Source: Candidatus Moanibacter sp.
GTDB lineage: Bacteria > Verrucomicrobiota > Verrucomicrobiia > Opitutales > UBA2987
Direction: 5' to 3'
DNA length: 64,000 nucleotides
NCBI GenBank assembly: GCA_965226025.1
Contig: CBDDCD010000003.1
Coordinates: 985,227 to 1,049,226 of the forward strand
Below, piece after piece: positions 26,958 to 36,106 of this stretch (its first letter is position 1; each line of letters opens with the position of its first letter). Below the pieces are notes generated by a model. The model did not search any database. It saw only the letters and a list, made by a program, of their open reading frames with translations, and was not told the DNA's origin. A program made the position numbers and the translations under genes.

Positions 26958-27620
26958 ATGAGCAAGAACGTATACCTCCCACCTCGATTTGACAGGATTC
27001 CGATCGGACCAGTTGCCGGCGCCGGCGTGCTCGCCGTCCTCATTTTTCTCGCCCTTCCTTTGACCCAGCTGCTTTCGAATCTGCAGAAGGATGATAAGCT
27101 CATACGAGTCGCGGACGTCAATATCCCGCCGCCTGATGCTCCGCCCCCGGAGCCGCCTCCCCCTGAAGAGGAAGAGGTAGAGGAGGAGAAGCCGGAATTA
27201 GAGGAAGAGATGCAGCCGCTCGACATCTTCCAGCTTGACGCGGCGCTCAATCCCGGATTCGGCGACGCCCTCAATGTCGGCCAGGCGGTGTGGGGTTTCG
27301 GGATAACTCCGGATACCATCGCGCAGATGGATATCTTCGAGCTGAAGGATCTCGATAATAATCCAAGGAGGATTTTTGCTGCACGGCCCGTCTACCCTTT
27401 CCAGTTCAAACGCGAGGGCATCGAGGGGTCGGTACGATTGATCATCATTATTGATGAGAAGGGAAACGTAATCGACGCTAAGACCCAGAGGGCGTCTGAC
27501 AAGGAATTTATCAAGCCGGCGGTTGATGCCATTCTGCAGTGGAAGTTCGAGCCGGGCACGAAGAATGGAAGGGCCGTCAAGGTTCGGCGGATTCAGCCTA
27601 TCTCATTCAAGCTCAATTAA
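26958..27620 (+). CDS. tonB: TonB energy transducer
   Basis: 220-aa ORF. N-terminal TM anchor, Pro/Glu-rich spacer (PPPDAPPPEPPPPEEEEVEEEKPELEEE), and a C-terminal TonB domain ending KVRRIQPISFKLN. Confidence 0.85.
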   Translation: MSKNVYLPPRFDRIPIGPVAGAGVLAVLIFLALPLTQLLSNLQKDDKLIRVADVNIPPPDAPPPEPPPPEEEEVEEEKPELEEEMQPLDIFQLDAALNPGFGDALNVGQAVWGFGITPDTIAQMDIFELKDLDNNPRRIFAARPVYPFQFKREGIEGSVRLIIIIDEKGNVIDAKTQRASDKEFIKPAVDAILQWKFEPGTKNGRAVKVRRIQPISFKLN

Positions 27621-27645
27621 CAGGCAGCAACCGGGATTCAAGTTT

Positions 27646-29043
27646 ATGAAGTTACAGGTTAGATCAGGTTTGGTTTACTTTTCACTCGCCCTCATTCTGA
27701 GTTGCCCGGGAATGGCTGCGGCTCAGGAGTCCAGCTGGATATCGATTCCATTACGCGATACTTTCTTTGAAGATCCGGATTTCCAGAAACGCTTTCTCTA
27801 TTCCTACTCTCCCGACCTGAAGACGGAACCCACCATCACTTCCGAGGAGAAAGAGCTCTTCGACATATTGATCGAGCAGATCAAGCAGGATCAAAGACTC
27901 GCCATCGAAACGCTTCGGGCCACGATCACGCCCGAGTCGAGCGCTGCCCTCGACTTCACCCTCGGGAATCTCTACTTCGAGCAGAACCAACATGCGGCCG
28001 CGATTCGGAGTTACAAGACCGCCATCGGTAAATTCGCAAACTTTAAGAGGGCTCATAACTTGATGGGAAACATTCACGTCCGCACTGGAAAATACGAAAC
28101 TGCGATCGAACACTTCGTGAAGACCATCGAATTGGGAGATGCTTCCGGGGACCTTTTCGGATTGCTGGGCGTGTGCTACTTGAACCTCGGTAAAATTGAT
28201 GCCGCTTTGGCCGCCTATCAGCAGGCCCTGATGTTCTCGCCGGACAGCAAGGACTGGAAAATCGGCAAGGTTCAGTGCCTCCTCAACCTCCAGAAGTGGG
28301 ACGAAACGATCGTGCTTTTTGAGGAACTTCTGAAGGAAGATCCTGATAAGCACGAATTCTGGTTACTTCAGGCCAATGCTTTTCTCGGTTTGGGGCGGAC
28401 CATGCAAGCGGCGGCAAACTACGAGATCTTGCGGAGGTTGGGAAAGGCGCCGCCGGACAGTCTCTTCTCGCTTGGTGACATCTATATTAACGAAGATCTT
28501 TCGGACCTCGCCTACCGGGTCTACTTGGAGGGATTGAAAGCGAAAGAGAAGGTCGATGTCCGGCGGCCCATCCGTGTCGCCGGCATTCTCGCTTCACGGG
28601 CGTCGTGGGAAGAAGCGACGAGGTACATCGCCTCCATCCGTCGGGCCTACGGGAGCAAATTGAAAGATGATAATGAGCTCGAACTCCTCTCCCTGGAATC
28701 GGAGATCGCATTGGCCACCGGAGATACGGAAAATGCGGTGAGGATCTTGAAACAAATCATCAAAAGGGATCCTCTCAATTGTAAATCACTTCTGCTCCTC
28801 GCCGGATTTCAAGGGAAGAGCGATGAAGTGGAAGAAGCCATCTTTAACTATGAGGCGGCTCAGGAAATTGACGATTGCAGGTATCGCGCCTTAGTAGAGC
28901 AGGCCCAGATGCACGTATCCAGAGCCGAATTCTGCGATGGCGTTTCCCTATTGAAGGATGCGTTATACATCGATAGTACCGAAAACGTCGAAAAGTACAC
29001 CGAGGCGGTTAATCGGGCATGTATTTCCTCGTCTATCGAGTAG
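27646..29043 (+). CDS. Secreted TPR-repeat protein (TtpD-like last gene of TonB2-type clusters)
   Basis: Start at ATG 27646 (MKLQVRSGLVYFSLALILSCPGMAAAQE signal peptide). Multiple TPR-like repeats (LGNLYFEQNQHAAAIRSYKTAI, LGVCYLNLGKIDAALAAYQQAL...). Confidence 0.8.
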   Translation: MKLQVRSGLVYFSLALILSCPGMAAAQESSWISIPLRDTFFEDPDFQKRFLYSYSPDLKTEPTITSEEKELFDILIEQIKQDQRLAIETLRATITPESSAALDFTLGNLYFEQNQHAAAIRSYKTAIGKFANFKRAHNLMGNIHVRTGKYETAIEHFVKTIELGDASGDLFGLLGVCYLNLGKIDAALAAYQQALMFSPDSKDWKIGKVQCLLNLQKWDETIVLFEELLKEDPDKHEFWLLQANAFLGLGRTMQAAANYEILRRLGKAPPDSLFSLGDIYINEDLSDLAYRVYLEGLKAKEKVDVRRPIRVAGILASRASWEEATRYIASIRRAYGSKLKDDNELELLSLESEIALATGDTENAVRILKQIIKRDPLNCKSLLLLAGFQGKSDEVEEAIFNYEAAQEIDDCRYRALVEQAQMHVSRAEFCDGVSLLKDALYIDSTENVEKYTEAVNRACISSSIE

Positions 29044-29074
29044 CCCCCATCATTTTAGAAACAACGGGGATCAG

Positions 29075-31687
29075 TTAGAAATTGTAGGTCAAAGTCGCTT
29101 TCCACTCCGCCCCGGGAGCCTTCGTAACGATCGCATTGGAAGCGAAACTATCAGAGGGGTAGAAGTAGTCTTCTCCAAATAGATTCGTTCCCGACAGAGC
29201 CATTTCCCATTCTCCTGACGAAAAGGAGACCCTACCGTTCCAGACCAAAGAGCTGGGGAGGCGTACGGTTCGGTCGGCATTCAGGAATTGGCTGCCGATA
29301 AAGACGGGCCCGATACCGAAAGTGAGTCCATTTTGTGTTCTAACGCGCACATAGAAGTTGCCCGTCCATTCCGGAATCGAATGCCGTGGTCCGTCGCCTG
29401 CGATTCCGTCTTTCCCCCTCCATTCCTGGAGACCAAAATCCAGGTAAGTGGCGCCGGCAAACATAACCATTTGGTCCGGACTTAAGGGGACAAAACCTCC
29501 GATCAGTTTCCTGGTGCGGAAAAAGTGTTCCTGCCAGGAAAGGGCGCCGGAGAGAGACAGCCACTCGTTTGGCTCCCAGACAAAGTCGCACTCAACTCCG
29601 CGTCCGCGCTGATCGGTGGCGAATCCGCCACGATCGTCGAATTCCTGCAGGTCGATGTGATAGATATTAAGGCTTCCGTATAGATTCAGCTCCTGGGAAA
29701 CTACTTTGAGGCCCAACTCCGCGAGCGCGTTCTCCATGAAATTGGTTTGGCCCAGGTTGTTCGCAATCCCGCCCGAGACGTAGTAGCCTTGGAAGGAGGT
29801 GCCGCGATGATAGGAAACATAGCCTGAAAACGTATCCGAAAATCTCCTGACTCCGCTGACACTCCAATTGAAGTAGGATTTGCCACCGTTCCCTTCGTCG
29901 CCGTCGCCTTGACTGCCGATCACATCGCCCGGTTTGGGAGTGAAGGGATTGTAACTGATATCGTTGGGACGCCTGCGGTCGAACCAGCTAGCGTGGTCAA
30001 AGCGCCCGTTGAAGATGAGGCTGACGCGGTCGGTCGGCTTCAGGTCCGCCGTGACAAAGATTCCGTAGGTAATCATCTTTGTCCGGTTGGAACCGAACGG
30101 ATCCCAGAAAGTGAGTCCATTGAGATTGCGATCTCCGCCGGCCGGAAGGATTGTGTTGGGATCCTCCGGTTTCGTTATGTCGCGCCGGCTGAATGGTTCG
30201 GCCGTGAAATCGGTCCTCGCGAAGGCGTCTTCAAAACGTATGGAAGTCCCGTAGATGAGGGAATCGACCATAGGCCTATCGGGCATCGCGTGCTCGACGA
30301 TTGTCTTGTTTTCGATCGTGGTGTTCTCCCCGTCCTCGGCGTAGCCGTAGGTTGAATGTTTGCTTCGGCTGTATGACTCGAAGTAGAGCTTATTGGTGAT
30401 GACGAATGCGTCTGAACCTTTGAGAAGGGTGTCCCAGAAAAAAAGGAAATTGTCGGTATCGGCGAAGTCATCGAGACTCGAGAGGTTTTGCTTTCCTGAG
30501 ATCTTGACTGTTTCGATTGAGTCGGAGGTGCAACCACTCTCCGGCATCTGATGGAAGAAGGGATTGCCGCAATTCCTCAGTCCTCCGACGAAGGCATAGA
30601 ATTTCACCGCATCTTCGGATAGGTCATTCGGGTTGAACTTGGTCCGGCGGTTGAAGTTTCCCAGTATGCCTCCAAACGGTGCGGTGGATTCGACCGCCTC
30701 ACGGCTGACCCGGCCCGGCGTTCCATTGGTAACCATCTGGGTGCCTCCGAAGGCGCTGGGCATTTCGATCATCTCTCCCGTTAGATCATTCAGCGGGTTG
30801 CCCACGATGTAGTTGCCGTTGTCGATTAGATCCTGGGTGACGCGGTTCCAACCGACTCTCTCGTCTCCTCGGTATAGATAGTACTCCCCACCAAAGAAGA
30901 GGGAGATCTTGTCGGTCAGTTTCACTTTGGCGGAAGCGTAGGCCGACAGGTAGTCGTTCCTAATTCGATCGTAGTAGGTTTCAGAGTCTTGGTAGGTAAG
31001 GGACATGCGCCAGGCGGAGGGATTCCCAAAGAGAAGGGTGGGTCCTCCGAGGTCCACTTGGGAATTGAAGTGTTGGTAAGAGCCGTAGGTAAACTTGATC
31101 GAGCCTCGAAACTCATTGAAGTAGGGAGACTTCGGGACGAAGTTTACATAACCGCCGGGAGAGGACGCACTGTAGAGAGCTGGGGTTGGACCCTTGACGT
31201 AGTCGAGTGACTCGAGGGAACCGAAGGACGTCGGATACCCGTTTCGATTCCAGACTCTCTGCATGCCGTTGAAGTAATTCGAGGTGTAGAGCCCCCGGGT
31301 GTGGGGAATGCCGGCAATCCCGTAAAAGTTTACCACCGTCGCCCCTGCTACCCGTTCCGCCAGTTCGTAAACGTTATCGAGGTCGTGCTCTTTCAGAGCC
31401 TCGGGGTTGATCACGGTAACGGATCGAGGAGTCTCCAGAAGTGACCGGGCCGAGCCGTAAATCGAGCTCACCTCCCGTTCCGTTGGCAGAAGGGTCTCTG
31501 TCTCTTCGAGGGACGTCTCCTCGGCGATAAATACGTCGAGTTCGACTAGGCTGTCACCTTCCTCCGCTCTTGACAGCGGGACCGTGGCCAGGACAGCGAG
31601 TGCCAAGATTAGAATGTGTGTTTTGGATCTCAATGCAGCGAGTTCGGGTGAAGATTCATCCATTCTCTTCTTGGCAACCCGTAGCAT
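29075..31687 (-). CDS. TonB-dependent outer-membrane receptor
   Basis: 870-aa ORF. Signal peptide, plug region (RSVTVINPEALKEHDLDNVYELAERVAG), long beta-barrel, terminal aromatic ...TLTYNF. Confidence 0.9.
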   Translation of the reverse strand: MLRVAKKRMDESSPELAALRSKTHILILALAVLATVPLSRAEEGDSLVELDVFIAEETSLEETETLLPTEREVSSIYGSARSLLETPRSVTVINPEALKEHDLDNVYELAERVAGATVVNFYGIAGIPHTRGLYTSNYFNGMQRVWNRNGYPTSFGSLESLDYVKGPTPALYSASSPGGYVNFVPKSPYFNEFRGSIKFTYGSYQHFNSQVDLGGPTLLFGNPSAWRMSLTYQDSETYYDRIRNDYLSAYASAKVKLTDKISLFFGGEYYLYRGDERVGWNRVTQDLIDNGNYIVGNPLNDLTGEMIEMPSAFGGTQMVTNGTPGRVSREAVESTAPFGGILGNFNRRTKFNPNDLSEDAVKFYAFVGGLRNCGNPFFHQMPESGCTSDSIETVKISGKQNLSSLDDFADTDNFLFFWDTLLKGSDAFVITNKLYFESYSRSKHSTYGYAEDGENTTIENKTIVEHAMPDRPMVDSLIYGTSIRFEDAFARTDFTAEPFSRRDITKPEDPNTILPAGGDRNLNGLTFWDPFGSNRTKMITYGIFVTADLKPTDRVSLIFNGRFDHASWFDRRRPNDISYNPFTPKPGDVIGSQGDGDEGNGGKSYFNWSVSGVRRFSDTFSGYVSYHRGTSFQGYYVSGGIANNLGQTNFMENALAELGLKVVSQELNLYGSLNIYHIDLQEFDDRGGFATDQRGRGVECDFVWEPNEWLSLSGALSWQEHFFRTRKLIGGFVPLSPDQMVMFAGATYLDFGLQEWRGKDGIAGDGPRHSIPEWTGNFYVRVRTQNGLTFGIGPVFIGSQFLNADRTVRLPSSLVWNGRVSFSSGEWEMALSGTNLFGEDYFYPSDSFASNAIVTKAPGAEWKATLTYNF

Positions 31688-31786
31688 AGGAAACAGGGCG
31701 TGTCTAGATATTCCCGTACCGACTTCCAGGCTGTCGGCCTTGCGCCGGCAGGACGCTAAAGGCGTACTCGGATTTTTTCCTACAAT

Positions 31787-33103
31787 CTAGAGGTCCAGCA
31801 CGAAGAAGAGCAAAAACACGATCGCGAGAGCGGTGGTCAAGAGGGAGACCTGTCTCCATCGACCGACCAGGAGCATGGTCCCGACGTAGACGAGAAAACC
31901 AACCGCGAGTCCGTCACTGATGCTGAATGCCAGCGGCATCACCATCATTGTGAGGACGGCCGGCGCGAGATGAGTGAGATCGCCAAAGTTGAGCTTGCTG
32001 ATTCCCTGCATCATGAAGATCCCGACCATGACGAGAGCGGGTGCGGTCGCCTCAGGAGGAATGATGATGATAACGGGACTGAAAAGCAGGGCCAGGAGGA
32101 AACAGGCGGCTACGGTGGTGGAAGTCAGTCCGGTTCTTCCTCCCGCCTGCACTCCGGCCGCCGATTCTATATAGGATGTTGTAGTGGACGTTCCGAGGCA
32201 TGCGCCCACTACCGTTGCACATGCGTCCGAGGTTAAAGCGCGGCCCATTTTGGGGAGGCTGTCTTGTTCGTCCACCAAGCCGGCTTGGCGAGACACCCCG
32301 ATCAGGGTTCCAATGGTGTCGAACAGGTCGACGAAAAGGAGTGCAAGAATTACTTTCCAAGCTTCCGCCAGATGGGTGAGTGGATAGAGAATGTCGAGAG
32401 CGAAGAATGTCTCTCCGATTCCCGAAGGTAGGCTCCAAAGAGAATCGGGAGCCGTAGTTACCATGCCTTCATTGTGGGGAACTCCCAGTCCGATCAGAGT
32501 GATGGCGAGGATCGAAATAATGATCCCACCGAGGACTTTTCTTTGCACCAGGGCGAAGGTGGCGATGACTCCGAAAAGAACGAGGAGGGCGGAGGGCTCG
32601 GAGAGGTCGCCGAGCCTCACGAATGTGACATTGTCTCTTACGATTATGCCTCCGTTCCGCAAACCGATGAAGGCGATGAATAATCCGATTCCACATTGGA
32701 CTCCGATCTTGAGGGCGGTCGGAATCGCCTCGGTGATCCTCGTTCGAAGACCTGTTATGGAGAGCAGAAGAAAGATGATCCCGTTCCAGAAAACCATCGC
32801 TAACGCACCCTGCCAAGGTACCCCGGCGGCGGCGCAGACCGTAAACGCGAAATAGGCGTTGAGGCCCATTCCCGGAGCCAGGGCGATCGGATAGTTTGTG
32901 AGGAAGGCCATCAGCAGAGTCCCGATCACGGCGGCCAGAGCTGTGACCGTTATCAGACCCTCTTTCCCCATACCCGAGGCAGACAAAATTTCCGGATTTA
33001 TCACGAGGATATAGGACATCGCGGCAAATGTGGTCAGTCCGGCGATAATCTCTCTCCGGGGATTCGTCTTATTTTCCGTGAGGTGGAATAGTTTCTCTAG
33101 CAT
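31787..33103 (-). CDS. NCS2-family purine (adenine/guanine/hypoxanthine, AzgA-like) permease
   Basis: Start at Met110 of the track ORF (ATG 33103): MLEKLFHLTENKTNPRREIIAGLTTFAAMSYILVINP, the typical N-terminus. The upstream 109 codons read through a repeat element and are not credible. Confidence 0.85.
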   Translation of the reverse strand: MLEKLFHLTENKTNPRREIIAGLTTFAAMSYILVINPEILSASGMGKEGLITVTALAAVIGTLLMAFLTNYPIALAPGMGLNAYFAFTVCAAAGVPWQGALAMVFWNGIIFLLLSITGLRTRITEAIPTALKIGVQCGIGLFIAFIGLRNGGIIVRDNVTFVRLGDLSEPSALLVLFGVIATFALVQRKVLGGIIISILAITLIGLGVPHNEGMVTTAPDSLWSLPSGIGETFFALDILYPLTHLAEAWKVILALLFVDLFDTIGTLIGVSRQAGLVDEQDSLPKMGRALTSDACATVVGACLGTSTTTSYIESAAGVQAGGRTGLTSTTVAACFLLALLFSPVIIIIPPEATAPALVMVGIFMMQGISKLNFGDLTHLAPAVLTMMVMPLAFSISDGLAVGFLVYVGTMLLVGRWRQVSLLTTALAIVFLLFFVLDL

Positions 33104-33106
33104 GGG

Positions 33107-33146
33107 GAATCGATTTACGAAGTTCAAAGTCCGACAGATTCCTAGG
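33107..33146 (-). repeat. Dispersed inverted-repeat element, truncated copy
   Basis: The minus strand reads CCTAGGAATCTGTCGGACTTTGAACTTCGTAAATCGATTCC. This is the left half only, and it ends 3 nt before the permease ATG. Confidence 0.75.
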
Positions 33147-33354
33147 CAACGAACTGAATTTCGGTTCAGGATCAGGTATTGAACAGATGCTTGGAGGATA
33201 AGTAGGTTCCTGCATTCCCATATGGCAATCCCAATTGAATTGCGGATTGCGTGGAGTTTGGTTCTTTTTTCGGAGAGTCGGCAGTTACGGAGTACAAGGA
33301 TGGCGCATCCTTGGCGATGGAGGGCAACAATCACGAGAAGGCAATAGGACAACG

Positions 33355-34128
33355 ATGACCCAAATCGCCAATATTGATAAGGACACCTTTTGGGGCCATC
33401 ACTCCTGGGTCGAATTTGCCGAACTTTCAAACAAGGAGAAACATTTGGCCATCGTGCCGATCTGCGGTTTTGCAGATTGGGGACTGGGGCATCCCCTCGA
33501 TATCGAGGAGACGGTCAGCATGGCCGTCTTGAGATTCGCGGTGGAACAGTCGAAAGACACGGTTCCGATAAGGGTGCTGCCTCTCCTGCGGTTTGTCCTC
33601 GGACCGTATCCGAACTGCTTTTTCTCGATCGATCCGGAGACCGCCTATCGCTTTTTCGAGGAAATCGTCCACTCGATACACCTTTCAGGTTTTAAAAGGG
33701 CCCTCCTATTCAACAGCAGTCCTTGGAATGAGGAGATCACTGAGAAGGCATGTGCCCGGGATCTGCGGATAAAATTCGGAATGCAGATATTTTGCATAAA
33801 CCTCAGCGCTCTCGGTCTCGATTTTCACCCTGAACGCAGCACTTCGCGCCGGGAGCTCCAGACTTTGGGGTCATTTCTGCTCGGCCGAGGACCGGACCTC
33901 GCGGGTAATCATTCAAAGCAAATTCCGGCGGATGGCCTGGCGCCGGGCGAAGTCGGAGCCGCACCCGCTCTCACCGAATGCGATTCACTCGCGGTGGCTC
34001 GGAATCTGGGCCCCCGGATTCTGAAAGAGTCCGGTCGGCATCTGGCGCGGCTCTTTCTCGAGATTTTTAGGCGGAAACCGCTGCCCCATGACGGTAGGAT
34101 CTTGCCCATGGAAAGCGGGCTGGTATGA
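33355..34128 (+). CDS. Creatininase-family paralogue lacking the metal-ligand motifs (probably non-catalytic)
   Basis: Start ATG 33355 (MTQIANID). Collinear with the next gene, but EQHGPHLP is replaced by ADWGLGHPLD and NTHGGN by FNSSPWN. Its stop overlaps the next ATG (ATGA). Confidence 0.5.
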   Translation: MTQIANIDKDTFWGHHSWVEFAELSNKEKHLAIVPICGFADWGLGHPLDIEETVSMAVLRFAVEQSKDTVPIRVLPLLRFVLGPYPNCFFSIDPETAYRFFEEIVHSIHLSGFKRALLFNSSPWNEEITEKACARDLRIKFGMQIFCINLSALGLDFHPERSTSRRELQTLGSFLLGRGPDLAGNHSKQIPADGLAPGEVGAAPALTECDSLAVARNLGPRILKESGRHLARLFLEIFRRKPLPHDGRILPMESGLV

Positions 34129-34898
34129 CAGATTACCGAAAGTTCTACCTACCGGCAAAGTCCCGAAACGAGATCGAGCGGATTCCCAACAAGGGGAGGG
34201 CGGTCGTGATTCTGCCGACCGGCGCCATTGAGCAACATGGGCCCCACCTTCCGGTGGGAGTCGATTCAATCTTGGGCCAGAGCTGGCTCAATTTTGCCCT
34301 TCCCCTGGTTTCCAGGGAAGTTCCTGTTTTCGTCGCCCCACCTCTCACAATTGGAAAGAGCGACGAACACAAGGGATTCCCAGGAACGCTTTCCATTTCT
34401 ACAATGACCTTTGGCAGGCTCTTACGGGCTATCGCGCAACAGGTGAATTCGTGGGATTTCCGCAATCTGGCCGTTCTTAACACCCATGGAGGAAATAGTT
34501 CTGTCATCCGCTACACCTTGAGAGAGATCCAGACCGAATTCGGTATGCGGACGTTTCTTCTCCGGTCGAGTTGGAGACCTCCATTGTCCATACAGGAGGA
34601 TACCTACGGTTTTCATGCCAATGAATTTGAGACCAGTTGTATGCTCGAGGTCACGGACGGTATGGTCGATATGTCAAAGGCGGTCTGCGAATACCCGTCT
34701 CATATCAGCGACCCCGGCGAGCTGCGTCCGGAAGATGCTCCTGCCACTTTCGCCTGGGCTACTCACGACCTCTCCCGAACTGGTGTAATCGGGGATGCCT
34801 CCGCCGCAACTCCGGAAAAAGGTAGGGAGTGGGTTGCGAAATACGCCGAAAGCCTCGCCCGCGAAATCGAAAAACTCTACTCTTCGCTGTCCAGCTAA
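34125..34898 (+). CDS. Creatininase / creatinine amidohydrolase family protein
   Basis: 257-aa ORF. ILPTGAIEQHGPHLPVGVDS, VLNTHGGNS, GFHANEFETS are the family metal- and substrate-binding motifs. Confidence 0.8.
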   Translation: MTDYRKFYLPAKSRNEIERIPNKGRAVVILPTGAIEQHGPHLPVGVDSILGQSWLNFALPLVSREVPVFVAPPLTIGKSDEHKGFPGTLSISTMTFGRLLRAIAQQVNSWDFRNLAVLNTHGGNSSVIRYTLREIQTEFGMRTFLLRSSWRPPLSIQEDTYGFHANEFETSCMLEVTDGMVDMSKAVCEYPSHISDPGELRPEDAPATFAWATHDLSRTGVIGDASAATPEKGREWVAKYAESLAREIEKLYSSLSS

Positions 34899-34906
34899 TT
34901 CACGCA

Positions 34907-35887
34907 CTAAAGGAGCTCTTGAACCAGGCTGCGCTCCTCCGCCAGCTCGGCAATACTGGCGTCGATCTTTTCGCGACTGAATTCGTTGATCGTGAGTCCC
35001 GGCACAACTTCCCAATCCTCTCCATCGCTCCTGGTGGGAAACGATGTAATGAGCCCTTCTTGGGTACCGTAGCTACCATCTGAACAGACTGCCACGCTGT
35101 GCCAATCGGATCCCTCGGTAGGCTCGTTGAGAGATCTCACTGTATCGATCACGGCATTGGCGGCGGAGGCCGCGGAGGAGAGTCCGCGTGCCTTGATCAC
35201 GGCCGCTCCGCGTTGTTGGACCGTGGCCAGAAAATCCGACTTGAGCCACGCTTCGTCGGAGATCACTTCCGGCGCCGGGACCCGGTTGACTTGTGCATTG
35301 TAAAAGTCCGGATATTGAGTAGCTGAATGGTTCCCCCAAATCGTGACGTTGGAGACCGATGTGATAGGCACCCCCGCTTTCCAGGCGAGTTGATACTTGG
35401 CCCGGTTCTCATCAAGTCTGGTCATGGCGAACCAACGATTAGAAGGGACCGCCCTGGCGTGATTCATCGCGATGAGGCAATTGGTATTACACGGGTTCCC
35501 CACCACGAGTATGCGAACGTCTCCCGCCGCATTACCCGCGATGGCTTCGCCCTGCTCGATGAATATCTTGCCGTTGATTCCAAGTAGATCGCTCCTCTCC
35601 ATTCCCGCCTTGCGGGGAACGCTGCCCACCAGCAGGGCCCAGTTCGCATCCTTGAATCCCTCGTTGATGTCTGAGGTCGGAATCGTTTCCTGGAGAAGAG
35701 GAAAAGCGCAGTCATTCAGCTCCATGATGACCCCGTCCAGGGCCTCCATCATCGGTGGAATCTCTATCAGTCTGAGCTGGACCGGCTGGTCTGGTCCGAG
35801 CAAGGCGCCGGAGGCGATGCGAAAGGCCAGGGCGTAGCCAATTTGACCTGTCGCTCCGGTTAATGCTATTCGAATTGGTTCTTTCAT
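34907..35887 (-). CDS. mdh: Malate dehydrogenase (LDH-unlike, Thermus/cytosolic-type)
   Basis: 326-aa [43 protein letters not shown]. Confidence 0.95.
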   Translation of the reverse strand: MKEPIRIALTGATGQIGYALAFRIASGALLGPDQPVQLRLIEIPPMMEALDGVIMELNDCAFPLLQETIPTSDINEGFKDANWALLVGSVPRKAGMERSDLLGINGKIFIEQGEAIAGNAAGDVRILVVGNPCNTNCLIAMNHARAVPSNRWFAMTRLDENRAKYQLAWKAGVPITSVSNVTIWGNHSATQYPDFYNAQVNRVPAPEVISDEAWLKSDFLATVQQRGAAVIKARGLSSAASAANAVIDTVRSLNEPTEGSDWHSVAVCSDGSYGTQEGLITSFPTRSDGEDWEVVPGLTINEFSREKIDASIAELAEERSLVQELL

Positions 35888-35888
35888 G

Positions 35889-35958
35889 CTATGAGTCTGT
35901 CGGAATTTGTAATTCGATTGCTGTGCAAGTGTAAGAGCAAGACCGATCGACTCCTAGC
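35889..35958 (+). repeat. Dispersed inverted-repeat element, short form
   Basis: CTATGAGTCTGTCGGAATTTGTAATTCGATTGCTGTGCAAGTGTAAGAGCAAGACCGATCGACTCCTAGC. Starts 1 nt from the mdh start codon (35885..35887). Confidence 0.85.
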
Positions 35959-36106
35959 AAAAAGAAAATGAAACTGGGTTTTGTGGAAAAGAGCATTTCT
36001 TACTCCTCAGGTGTCCGGTGTCAGTCTACAGAATCTCATTGCAAAATTTCACGATTGGATAGCTCGGTTTGTTTCAGTTTCCACGGGCACCACTTCCACC
36101 TCGGTT

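Noticed and set aside
33104-33300. Purine riboswitch in the 5' region of the NCS2 purine permease
   Set aside because: The minus-strand leader does not show the conserved purine-riboswitch junction sequences or three-way-junction pairing. It is occupied by a truncated repeat element instead.
33104-33430. N-terminal 109-codon extension of the purine permease ORF (track start 33430, TTG)
   Set aside because: The extension reads through a copy of the dispersed repeat and divergent-promoter DNA. The canonical NCS2 N-terminus begins at Met110. Similar over-extended track starts were trimmed for dnaK (15888), the TPR gene (27523), HU (38278), ygfZ (37199), the aminotransferase (54269), the 45382..46296 ORF, the creatininase-like ORF (33235) and the acyl-CoA ligase (10979).
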